A stretch of 64,000 bases of DNA from an uncultured Fibrella sp. (GTDB taxonomy: Bacteria; Bacteroidota; Bacteroidia; Cytophagales; Spirosomataceae): NCBI RefSeq assembly GCF_964250085.1, contig NZ_CAXUEC010000013.1, positions 5,101 to 69,100 on the forward strand, in the 5' to 3' direction. Below are positions 37,053 through 45,545 of this stretch, in pieces. The translations under genes were made by a program, and so were the position numbers. The notes under the pieces were generated by a model. The model did no database searches. It had not been told where the DNA came from and saw only the letters and a program-made list of their open reading frames with translations. How positions within the stretch are numbered: the first letter of the stretch is position 1; each line of letters starts with the position of its first letter.

Positions 37053-37158
37053 AAAATGTTTTCCGTTTACTGTTTGCTGTTTTCTGTTGCTTCGCATTCT
37101 GGCTTGACTATCAATGCGAAGCAACAAAAAACAGCAAACGGTAAACGGAAAACATTTT
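37053..37158. repeat. 46-bp-stem heptad-periodic hairpin (candidate terminator of the 37159 gene)
   Basis: 37053-37098 (AAAATGTTTTCCGTTTACTGTTTGCTGTTTTCTGTTGCTTCGCATT) pairs with 37113-37158. There are 2 transition mismatches and a 14-nt loop. Confidence 0.9.
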
Positions 37159-38253
37159 TTATAAGGTTACCCGCTTGCCGTCTTTCGCGGCTTTGTAAAT
37201 CGCTTCCACAACGCGAATGTCGGCCAGGCCTTCTTCGCCGGGAACGAGTACGGGCGAATTAGACATGATGGCTTTGGCATCATTGTCCATTTGCATGGCC
37301 TGCTGCATAGGTGCTTTGTACGGAACGTCCGTTTTGAAGCCATTGCTGCCTTCGCCTTTCACGCCGTTGTAGGCTGAATAGGGCTCCATTTCCAGTTGCC
37401 CTTTTTGCCCCGTCACGTGCAGGTAATTCATGTTCATGCCATAGCTGGTCTGGATCGACGCTCGGGCACCGCTGGGAAATTCCAGTTGCGCCATGCTCGT
37501 CTCGTCCAGCCCGTTCTTATACACCTCCGGGCGGGTGGTATACTGCTGGGCCGTGATAGCAATCGGCTCTTCGCCCGTGGATAGACGAGCACCCTGAATA
37601 GCGTATACGCCCATGTCGTACATCACGCCGCCTCCCATCTCTTTCTTCTGCTTCCAGTGGTCGGTGCGGGCGTCATAATAGCCAGCAGCACAGTTTACCA
37701 TGCTGATTTTGCCAATGCCTCCGTCACGCAGATACTTGGTGTAGGCCTGCGTATTGGGTTCGTGATGCAGGCGGTAACCCACCGTAAGCACCCGTTTGTT
37801 CTTCCGGCAGGCGTCAATCATATTTTGGCACTCTTTAGCGGTGACAGCCATTGGCTTTTCCACCCAGACGTGCTTACCCGCTTTAGCGGCTCGTACCACA
37901 TATTCTTCATGCATCGAAGGGGGCAGCACCACGTATACCACATCAATGTCGGGGTTGTTGGCAATCTGATCGAAGGTCTGGTACGAGTAAATGTTCTTGT
38001 CGGGAATATTGTATTTCTTTTTCCAGGCCTCGGCTTTGGCGGGTGTACCCGTTACAATACCAGCGAGATAGCAGTTGGCCGTTAGTTGCAGCGCAGGAGC
38101 CAGCAAATCGGTGCTGTAGTAGCCTAATCCGACAAGGGCCACGCCCAATTTGTCTTTCTTGGGTGATGTGGCGGCCAGCAAGGTATGCGGCGACACCAGC
38201 GTAGAGGCTGAAGCTAGTGTGAGCGTTTGGAGAATAGTACGACGAGAGGTCAT
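37159..38253 (-). CDS. Gfo/Idh/MocA family oxidoreductase with a Tat-type signal
   Basis: 364 aa with a twin-arginine leader MTSRRTILQTL and a Rossmann motif LGVALVGLGYYS. Confidence 0.85.
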   Translation of the reverse strand: MTSRRTILQTLTLASASTLVSPHTLLAATSPKKDKLGVALVGLGYYSTDLLAPALQLTANCYLAGIVTGTPAKAEAWKKKYNIPDKNIYSYQTFDQIANNPDIDVVYVVLPPSMHEEYVVRAAKAGKHVWVEKPMAVTAKECQNMIDACRKNKRVLTVGYRLHHEPNTQAYTKYLRDGGIGKISMVNCAAGYYDARTDHWKQKKEMGGGVMYDMGVYAIQGARLSTGEEPIAITAQQYTTRPEVYKNGLDETSMAQLEFPSGARASIQTSYGMNMNYLHVTGQKGQLEMEPYSAYNGVKGEGSNGFKTDVPYKAPMQQAMQMDNDAKAIMSNSPVLVPGEEGLADIRVVEAIYKAAKDGKRVTL

Positions 38254-38350
38254 TATGTGGTTCAGGTTTGATGGTCGATGTCTAAAGTGGCGATGCTTAC
38301 GAGACTACTGCTAAAGTAACAACGCAACCCTGAACGTTGACCGCTATGGG

Positions 38351-39202
38351 TTAAACCTGAAGCTCCTGTTTTTCGCCAACGGGCGCTCTATACGGTTGGA
38401 AGGGTACTTTCAGGATGCCGCCGACATGGCTGTGTTCGTGCGGGTCGGGGTGCGTATCCAGTCCGTAAATCAGATCTTTGCCTTTCCGAACTGCGTAGGT
38501 GCTGAATAGTCTGTCCCAGATCGAAAAAATGTTGCCATAGTTGGTATTCGAGTAGGGCAAGACGTAATGATGATGCACATGGTGCATGTTGGGCGTCACC
38601 ACCAGCCAATTGATCGCCCGATCGGCCCAGCGGGGCAACTCGATGTTGGCATGGTTGAATTGCGACAGCAGGACCGAAAACGCCTGGTACATGAACACCA
38701 GCCACATAGGCGCACCCACAACCAGCACGGCCGCTGTCGTGAACAGAAACCGGATCACGCTTTCGCCGGGATGATGCCGGTTGGCGGTGGTGGTATCAAC
38801 GTACCTGTCGGAGTGATGAACCGAGTGGAATTGCCACATCCATTTAACATGATGCTCGGTCCAGTGGGCCAGCCAGGCCCCGATCAGGTCGAGCAACAAC
38901 AGGCCTGCGATGGCTTGCGCCCAGACTGGCAGTACGATCCATTGTAACAGGCCAACGTGGCTGGATACGGCCCAATCGCTGGTTTTTACGAGGATGAATG
39001 CCAGCGCGAAATTGACCAGGATGGTCGTGAACGTAAAAAACAGGTTGATCCCTGCGTGGCGTGTCTTGCGGTAATCGAAGCGCATCAGTGGAACAACGCT
39101 TTCCAGTAGCCAGAAAAAGGCAATACCACCAACCAGAATTAAACTTCGGTGTGATGAGGGAATGTGCGCGAAATAATCAACGATACGTTCCATTATAATC
39201 AT
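38351..39202 (-). CDS. sterol desaturase / fatty acid hydroxylase family membrane protein
   Basis: 283 aa with histidine boxes HWTEHH, HSVHHSD and NMHHVHHH. Confidence 0.85.
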   Translation of the reverse strand: MIIMERIVDYFAHIPSSHRSLILVGGIAFFWLLESVVPLMRFDYRKTRHAGINLFFTFTTILVNFALAFILVKTSDWAVSSHVGLLQWIVLPVWAQAIAGLLLLDLIGAWLAHWTEHHVKWMWQFHSVHHSDRYVDTTTANRHHPGESVIRFLFTTAAVLVVGAPMWLVFMYQAFSVLLSQFNHANIELPRWADRAINWLVVTPNMHHVHHHYVLPYSNTNYGNIFSIWDRLFSTYAVRKGKDLIYGLDTHPDPHEHSHVGGILKVPFQPYRAPVGEKQELQV

Positions 39203-39317
39203 GGTTTTGTTGGATTATTTCACAAAATACGAATAAAATAAGTTTCAGGCTTCAAGTGCACTGCCAATCACCGGGACAGTTCATTGGGAACGCACTTGAA
39301 ACCCTCAAACTTAAAAC

Positions 39318-40406
39318 TTACCTCACCGCTTTCTCCGCCTTCACTTCGGCGTGTTGTTCTAGGCTGGCTTCGTCTTCGGCTACCTCGGCGCGTGATTCCC
39401 TGTTTTCTTTAGCAAATACGTGCATTAGCACGATGAAAAACGACAGGATAGTTGGCCCGATTACCAGACCCAGAATACCGAAAATAGGTACACCAATCAC
39501 AATCCCTGCCAGCGTCACCAGCGGGTGTACATCGCCCATGCGCTTGGCTAGCATGATACGCAGCAGGTTATCAATATTTGTAATGACAACGGCCCCAACA
39601 ATCAGAATACCAGCACCGTCTGTGGTGTTACCCTGCGAGAGCTGAATCAGGCCCGCCGGTAGCCAGACGAGCGGCGTACCCAGCACGGGAATGAAGGCCA
39701 GGAAAAAGGCGACGGTTCCCCAGAAAGCAGCGTCTGGAACGCCGAAAATGAGCAGCGTCAGGCCGGTCAAAATGCCTTGTACTAAAGAGACAATGCCCTG
39801 ACCTAACACGTTGGCATTTACGTTATTTCGTAATTGTTCGCCCAGTTCTTTGAGCGTGTCGCGCTTAAAAGGCAAATGTTTACGCAGGCCTTCCAGGAAC
39901 GATTCTTCTTCGGTAAACATGTAAAACAGCGTGAAGAACATCAGGCCGATGATGACCAGGAAATCCAGCGCGCCGCCCGCGAGTGAAGGCAGTTGACGCG
40001 ACGCAAAGGTGCCGCCCTGCTGTAACATTTTCTGAATATTCTGCTGGCTGGTAATCTTGAATCCAGTCAGGTTCTCGGCTTGTTTCACCAGCCCCAGAAT
40101 CTGGTCGGTATGTTGTGAATAGTACTGGATGCGGTCGATGAGCAGAAAACTCAGCACCAGAAACGGCAGCACAATAACAAATAGGGAGAATATGATAATA
40201 CCCGCCGTAACGAGATTCCGGTTCCATTTCTTGCGGTGAACCAGCCCATAGAAAAGAGGGCGGAAGATGACATAAAGAATACCTGCTCCGAAAAAAGCCG
40301 AGACGTACCCGCGAAGACCAGCAATGATAAAGCCGCCAAGAATTAATAAGCTGGTAATAAGCAGTATGCGCTGCTGTTTAGGGGTATAAATTGTAGAAGA
40401 TGCCAT
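39318..40406 (-). CDS. AI-2E family transporter (PerM-like permease)
   Basis: 362 aa, polytopic. The C-terminal region VPIFGILGLVIGP is typical of the family. Confidence 0.75.
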   Translation of the reverse strand: MASSTIYTPKQQRILLITSLLILGGFIIAGLRGYVSAFFGAGILYVIFRPLFYGLVHRKKWNRNLVTAGIIIFSLFVIVLPFLVLSFLLIDRIQYYSQHTDQILGLVKQAENLTGFKITSQQNIQKMLQQGGTFASRQLPSLAGGALDFLVIIGLMFFTLFYMFTEEESFLEGLRKHLPFKRDTLKELGEQLRNNVNANVLGQGIVSLVQGILTGLTLLIFGVPDAAFWGTVAFFLAFIPVLGTPLVWLPAGLIQLSQGNTTDGAGILIVGAVVITNIDNLLRIMLAKRMGDVHPLVTLAGIVIGVPIFGILGLVIGPTILSFFIVLMHVFAKENRESRAEVAEDEASLEQHAEVKAEKAVR

Positions 40407-40409
40407 AGG

Positions 40410-40526
40410 TGTACAATGTATAATTGACGTTAGCTGCTGAACACTGGCTGGTTGGATGACATGCTCTGTAAAAGCTATTGGCCAATATCCAGCATTCGGT
40501 AGCTAACGTCAATTATACATTGTACA
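40410..40526. repeat. perfect 26-bp inverted repeat with a 65-nt spacer
   Basis: 40410-40435 (TGTACAATGTATAATTGACGTTAGCT) is the exact reverse complement of 40501-40526. Confidence 0.85.
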
Positions 40527-40537
40527 GTAGAAATTGT

Positions 40538-41752
40538 TCACTCTACCCACAGAACCAATCCCTTGAGGTAACCTCCTTCGGGGTGAAACAGGCTTACCGG
40601 ATGGTCGGCGGGCTGGCTCAGGTGATGCAGCACACGTACCTGGCGACCCGCCTCAATGGCTGCTGCCACGATGGTGTTGTAAAACAATTCCCTATCGACC
40701 ACCTGCGAGCACGAAAACGTGAACAGAATACCACCCGGTGCCACCCGCTTCAGACCTTCGACGTTCAGGCGTTTGTAGCCCTGCACCGCCCGGTGCCGCG
40801 CCGACAGGCTTTTGGCATATGCCGGTGGATCGAGCACCACAACATCGTAGGTAGGCGTAGTGGGCTCTTTCAGGTAATCCATCACGTCGGCAACAATGGC
40901 TTCGTGCTGACCGGCAAAACCGGGATTGGCCGCCACATTCTGATTGGTCAGTTCAATCGCTTTCTTCGACACGTCGACCGAGTGAACCAGCGAAGCGCCA
41001 GCGGCCAGCGCATAGACCGAAAAGCCACCCGAATAGCAAAACGCGTTCAGTACGCTCTTGCCGTGTGCATACCGGCCCAGCAGTTGCCGGTTGTCGCGTT
41101 GATCGAGGAAGAAGCCCGTTTTCTGCCCCGTAATCCAGTCGACCAGAAATGTGTGGCCGTTTTCCTGCACGGCTCTGGGCGTCTCGGCCCGGCCGTAGCG
41201 ATAGCCGTTCTGAACACCCGCCGCATACTGATCGGGCAGGGTTTCGGCACTTTTATCGTACACGGCGATGAGCTCAGGGCCAAAAACGCGTTGCAGCGCA
41301 TCCACAATGGGTTGCCGCTGCCGGTGCATGCCGATCGAATGAGCCTGCAATACGGCCACGCCGTTATATATGTCGATGATTAAGCCCGAACAGCCGTCGC
41401 CTTCGCCATGAATAAGCCGGTAGCAATTCGTTTGAGGGGGAATCACGCTGGCCCGTACCGCCCGGATACGGGTCAGTTTCTGTTCCCAGAACGCCACATC
41501 GGGCACCACAGTCTGACCATTAGTATGGGCGGCAAACGAGAACAGACGTACCTGGATACTGCCATCGTGGAAATGCCCCGTTCCCAGGTACGTTGCCTTG
41601 CTATCGAAGACCTCAACCACGTCGCCGTCGTCTATATGATTGTCAGGTGCGGCACCTTCCCGGCGGGCAACAGCTCCCGAGAAGACCCAGGGATGAAACC
41701 GGCGCACGGCTTCGTCGCGACCTTTTTGCAGAAAAATCTTGGGGTAATTCAT
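40538..41752 (-). CDS. rlmI: class I SAM-dependent rRNA methyltransferase (RlmI-like, PUA + MTase)
   Basis: 404 aa. The N-terminal LQKGRDEAVRRFHPWVFSGAV is RlmI-like. The SAM motif VLNAFCYSGGFSV and the segment DPPAYAKS are present. Confidence 0.8.
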   Translation of the reverse strand: MNYPKIFLQKGRDEAVRRFHPWVFSGAVARREGAAPDNHIDDGDVVEVFDSKATYLGTGHFHDGSIQVRLFSFAAHTNGQTVVPDVAFWEQKLTRIRAVRASVIPPQTNCYRLIHGEGDGCSGLIIDIYNGVAVLQAHSIGMHRQRQPIVDALQRVFGPELIAVYDKSAETLPDQYAAGVQNGYRYGRAETPRAVQENGHTFLVDWITGQKTGFFLDQRDNRQLLGRYAHGKSVLNAFCYSGGFSVYALAAGASLVHSVDVSKKAIELTNQNVAANPGFAGQHEAIVADVMDYLKEPTTPTYDVVVLDPPAYAKSLSARHRAVQGYKRLNVEGLKRVAPGGILFTFSCSQVVDRELFYNTIVAAAIEAGRQVRVLHHLSQPADHPVSLFHPEGGYLKGLVLWVE

Positions 41753-41833
41753 AAGGCAAAGGTAGTGAAGCGGCGGCGGGCAATGGTAAATCCGGCGATT
41801 CTGCTACTTTCACTCCGTTAAATAAACTAACCA

Positions 41834-42706
41834 ATGCAAACGAATCGACGTGATTTTTTGAAGCAGGCGGGCCTACTGCCTGCGGGTGCCGTTGCGCTAA
41901 GTTCAACCCTGACCGACGCGCTGGGGGCTTCTATAAAAACATATGGCCTGCAACTTTATAGTGTACGTGACGTGTTGCCTGCTGATCCTAAGGGCATTAT
42001 GACACAGTTGGCCAGTATGGGCTATAAACAGTTTGAAAGCTACCAGGGCGATAAGGGTTTTTTGTGGGGTATGGAACCCGCCGCCATGAAGTCGTTCCTG
42101 AATGGAATTGGCGTGAAAATGGTTAGCACGCACTTCGATTTTAAAGGCGCATCCGAAAATGCCGATACACTTCAGAAATACATCGATATGGCCAATGGGG
42201 CTGGTCTGAACTACATGCTCTGCCCCTATATTGGCCCCCAAAAAACATGGGACGACTGGAAGCGGGTGGCCGATAGTTTCAACCGGGTGGGCGAGGCTGT
42301 TCGCAATGGCGGCCTGAAATTTGGCTACCATAACCACGATTATTCATTCCGCCCGCTGGATGGTAAACTGCCGCAGGATTACCTGCTAACGCACTGTGAC
42401 CCAATCAATGTTATGTTTGAACTGGACATGTGCTGGATCGAAGCCGCCGGACAAAGTGCGGTCGACCACCTGAAACAGTACGGCAGCCGCTACGAACTGT
42501 GCCATATCAAAGATTACAAGAAAGAAGGCAACGGTAAGGTCGTTCAGCAGGATATGGGCAAGGGCACTGTCAACTACAAAGCCATTCTGAAACAGGCTCG
42601 TAAGAGTGGCATGAAGTATTACCTGATCGAGCAGGAAGAATACCCCGGCCCGTCAATGGTGAGTTTAAAAGCCGATGCCGATTACATGAAAAAATTCAAG
42701 TTTTAA
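41834..42706 (+). CDS. sugar phosphate isomerase/epimerase (TIM barrel) with a Tat signal
   Basis: 290 aa with leader MQTNRRDFLKQAG and family motifs (YHNHDYSF, CHIKD). Confidence 0.75.
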   Translation: MQTNRRDFLKQAGLLPAGAVALSSTLTDALGASIKTYGLQLYSVRDVLPADPKGIMTQLASMGYKQFESYQGDKGFLWGMEPAAMKSFLNGIGVKMVSTHFDFKGASENADTLQKYIDMANGAGLNYMLCPYIGPQKTWDDWKRVADSFNRVGEAVRNGGLKFGYHNHDYSFRPLDGKLPQDYLLTHCDPINVMFELDMCWIEAAGQSAVDHLKQYGSRYELCHIKDYKKEGNGKVVQQDMGKGTVNYKAILKQARKSGMKYYLIEQEEYPGPSMVSLKADADYMKKFKF

Positions 42707-42718
42707 CGGAACCATCCG

Positions 42719-43753
42719 TCACTCCTCTCTGACCTTAAACAGTCGCTGAAGCCAACTACGTTGCTCGGCGGCTGTTTCTGTTTTTTCAGCCTCATCGGGT
42801 ACTTGACGGGCCAGTTTCCTCAGGTCGGGCTGCCCGGCGTCGACCCAGCAGGTATACCAGAAATCGCCCACCATTTTTATCGATGCCCGCATCTGTCGCT
42901 CCACCTGTCCGCGCAACCGGTCGTGGTATTGCCGGGCAAACGCTTCAGAATAGACCTTCACGGTTTGTCCGTTGCGATCTTCAAAATTCCATTTTCGGCT
43001 GTCGCCCGCTTCGATGGTCAGGTCGCGCTCCATAGCCAGCACCGAATCCAGGGCAGCGTGGGCCTTGAAAACGGCTTGCCAGGCCCGCTGTTGGGGTCGC
43101 TCAACGTATTCGGCCGCACCCACGATCACATCATAATTGCCCGAAAATAACTCTGGCAACCGCGACTCCCAAAAGCCGTGAATACCGGTTTGGCCCGTCA
43201 ACTGGCCGTTGTAGTTGCGCGTGGTGTGCAGCGGTACGTTAGCGTCGGCAATGTAGTGCCCAATGTCGGCCGAGAGGCGGAGGATCTTGGGTACGTTTCG
43301 TTCTTTAAACGCCTCGGTTAACTGGTATTTAGCCAATTGAATATGCCAGGGCACAATGCCGTGCATGGCCAGCGTATCGGCTCCGTACCGGTCTGCGGCT
43401 GCGCTCCAACTGCGGGGCAAGGTTTCGCGGGTTGTATCGGCATAGGCGTCGAGATCGATGAAGTGGCGTGGTGCTTCACCCACAACGGCATAGCGGCGCT
43501 TGTCGGGGTTTACGGCATTATCGGCCAGGAATTGAATACGGCTTTTGTAGAGCGGCATCATCTCCGGGGGCAGCGTAAAAACGGCGAGTCGGTTGATCTG
43601 CTGATGCGCATAAAATCCCCACCTGGGTGCCAGACATACTGGCCTGGGTCTGGCAAAGCCGACCCCCGTTACCAGTAACAGTAAGCTACCAAAAAGAAGT
43701 GTTCGGAAATATTTTCCCGAGATAATACCCAACCAAATTCTATTCTTGTACAT
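42719..43753 (-). CDS. zinc-dependent phospholipase C / S1-P1 nuclease-like family protein
   Basis: 344 aa. WGFYAHQQINRLA, HFIDLDAY, HYIADANVPLHTT and HGFWE suggest histidine/aspartate metal ligands. Confidence 0.55.
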   Translation of the reverse strand: MYKNRIWLGIISGKYFRTLLFGSLLLLVTGVGFARPRPVCLAPRWGFYAHQQINRLAVFTLPPEMMPLYKSRIQFLADNAVNPDKRRYAVVGEAPRHFIDLDAYADTTRETLPRSWSAAADRYGADTLAMHGIVPWHIQLAKYQLTEAFKERNVPKILRLSADIGHYIADANVPLHTTRNYNGQLTGQTGIHGFWESRLPELFSGNYDVIVGAAEYVERPQQRAWQAVFKAHAALDSVLAMERDLTIEAGDSRKWNFEDRNGQTVKVYSEAFARQYHDRLRGQVERQMRASIKMVGDFWYTCWVDAGQPDLRKLARQVPDEAEKTETAAEQRSWLQRLFKVREE

Positions 43754-43855
43754 TTGTCAAGTCATGGTACTATTTGAAGACTCAATGAGACACATCGAAT
43801 AAAACCTCGACAAAAAGCGAACAATATTCTGTCAAACAACATAAATTCCAAATCA

Positions 43856-44254
43856 ATGCAACGCGAAACTAAAGGATATGCCCTCATTGTAGGTCTATTT
43901 TGCATCCTCGGTTTATTAATCTACGGAGCGTATTCACCCGCCCGTAAAGCCCAGAAACAGCAGATATTCTGTTTTTCTTTCACAAATGAGGCAAATCCGC
44001 AAGCTATAGATAAGCATATGCGCGATTTTGCAGCTCTTCGGCACGAAATTCCACAGGTCGTTGGTTACACCGCCGGCAAGACATTTTTGGTCGGTGCTGC
44101 CAATTCCGAGTATGATGTTATGCATTATCTGACTTTTCAGAATGAAGCAGACATGAAAGCGTTCGAGCAAAATCCTGCCTACAAAACGTTCGTCAACGAA
44201 AATAAAGCAAGCTGGGATAAGACGTTAGTAGTGAACGCAGAGATACAGCCTTAG
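43856..44254 (+). CDS. Dabb (stress-responsive alpha/beta barrel) domain protein
   Basis: 132 aa with an N-terminal TM/signal segment followed by the Dabb pattern FCFSF....I......F..L...IP.V.....G...........YD..H...F. Confidence 0.6.
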   Translation: MQRETKGYALIVGLFCILGLLIYGAYSPARKAQKQQIFCFSFTNEANPQAIDKHMRDFAALRHEIPQVVGYTAGKTFLVGAANSEYDVMHYLTFQNEADMKAFEQNPAYKTFVNENKASWDKTLVVNAEIQP

Positions 44255-44328
44255 TCTGGATTTAGCCAAAATAAAAGGGCAGCCGATTGATCGGCTGCCC
44301 TTTTATTTTGGCTAAATCCAGACTAAGG
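44249..44328. repeat. 80-bp near-perfect palindrome (39-bp arms, 2-nt centre)
   Basis: 44249-44287 is the exact reverse complement of 44290-44328, with centre TG. The TAG stop of the Dabb gene (44252-44254) lies inside the left arm. Confidence 0.9.
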
Positions 44329-44332
44329 GTTT

Positions 44333-44393
44333 AAAGTCCAGCGTTGCTCTGCTGGTGTTAAGTCGGTTAACTAGCAAAGCAACGTTGGACTTT
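44333..44393. repeat. second hairpin between convergent genes
   Basis: AAAGTCCAGCGTTGCTCTGCT (44333-44353) pairs with AGCAAAGCAACGTTGGACTTT (44373-44393), giving a 21-bp stem with 2 transition mismatches. Confidence 0.8.
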
Positions 44394-44420
44394 AGACCTT
44401 GACCTTTAAACTTTGAACCC

Positions 44421-45497
44421 TTAACACGTCCTCACCATATCAACAACGGCTTCGATCCAAAGAGGGCTGTCGTTGAGGCTTTCGACGAGTTGCCAGTGCT
44501 CGCCGCCGTGTTCTTCGAAAAGCTCTTTGTATTCTTCGCCCACTTCGATAGTCGTTTCCAGGCAATCGGCCACAAACGCGGGCGAAAAAGCCAGCACGCT
44601 CTTTATTCCTTTGCCCGCAAACAGCTTTATCTCATCATCCGTATAGGGCTTGATCCACGGGTCGTTGCCTAATCTTGACTGGAAACTTGTGGTGTATTTA
44701 CCTTCCGGAATGGCTAACGCCTTCACCAGGCGGCGGGTAGTTTCGAAACATTGCGCCCGGTAACAGTGCTGATTGTCAGCGCGGAGTGAGCCGCAGCATT
44801 CGCCGAATTTACAAACTGTCTTATCTACATCCCCTTTGCGAATCTGGCGTTCGGGAAGGCCGTGGTAGCTGAACAGGTAGTGGTCATACTCGCGCTCGTT
44901 CATATACTTCCGGCCACGTTCCACAAACCCCTCGATGAACTTGGGATGCTCCAGAAAACGGTTGATAAAACGTACCTGCGGAATTACCTGCCACGTTTTC
45001 AGAATATCCATCACCTTTTCGTATACCGAGCCGGTCGAGGCCGAAGCATATTGGGGAAAGAAAGGCACCACCACGATATCGTTCAAACCGAGCTTCTGGA
45101 ACTCAGCCAGACCAGCGTCGATGCTGGGGCTCTGGTAACGCATGGCCAGCCGAACCACATACTCGTCGCCCAGTTGCTCCTGCACCAGGCGCGTAACCAC
45201 ATACCCGTAATGTTTGAGCGGTGATCCATTCTCATTCCAGAGTTCGCGGTAAATCTTCGCCGACTTGGGCGCACGAAACGGCGCGATGATGCCGTTAACC
45301 AGCAGAAAACGAGGGATATAGGGGATGTCGATAACGCGCCCATCCATCAAAAATTCGCGCAGGTATTTCCTGACGTCGGGTACACTCGGGCTATCGGGCG
45401 TACCCAGATTGACCAGCAAAACACCAGTTTTGCCGAAGGGCTTTGGCGTTGTTCCGGTGGCTATTGTATGGGGAGATTGTAAAGCAGTGGCTTCCAT
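44421..45497 (-). CDS. hemH: ferrochelatase
   Basis: 358 aa: GVLLVNLGTPDSPSVPDVRKYLREFL, and the C-terminal region with FVADCLETTIEV. Confidence 0.93.
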   Translation of the reverse strand: MEATALQSPHTIATGTTPKPFGKTGVLLVNLGTPDSPSVPDVRKYLREFLMDGRVIDIPYIPRFLLVNGIIAPFRAPKSAKIYRELWNENGSPLKHYGYVVTRLVQEQLGDEYVVRLAMRYQSPSIDAGLAEFQKLGLNDIVVVPFFPQYASASTGSVYEKVMDILKTWQVIPQVRFINRFLEHPKFIEGFVERGRKYMNEREYDHYLFSYHGLPERQIRKGDVDKTVCKFGECCGSLRADNQHCYRAQCFETTRRLVKALAIPEGKYTTSFQSRLGNDPWIKPYTDDEIKLFAGKGIKSVLAFSPAFVADCLETTIEVGEEYKELFEEHGGEHWQLVESLNDSPLWIEAVVDMVRTC

Positions 45498-45545
45498 GAG
45501 TTCGTAACGGTTTTTGGCCGAAATCGGTTTGCGGTAGGGTACAGT

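Noticed and set aside
37050-37262. 70-aa ORF (MKMFSVYCLLFSV...TANGKRK)
   Set aside because: It is the translation of the two arms of the 46-bp hairpin plus antisense of the oxidoreductase 3-prime end. The low-complexity peptide mirrors the heptad DNA repeat.
40478-41383. 301-aa plus-strand ORF
   Set aside because: It lies entirely antisense to the RlmI-like methyltransferase, which has clear SAM-MTase and PUA motifs. This is a typical shadow ORF in GC-biased coding sequence. The same reasoning applies to 33961-34869 (antisense of gpmI), 31410-32111 (antisense of eno), 21012-21599, 12879-13412, 46767-47291 and similar entries.
44394-44421. Short direct repeats GACCTTGACCTTT / AAACTTTGAACCC next to the hemH stop
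   Set aside because: They are too short and degenerate to distinguish from chance, and no partner structure is present.
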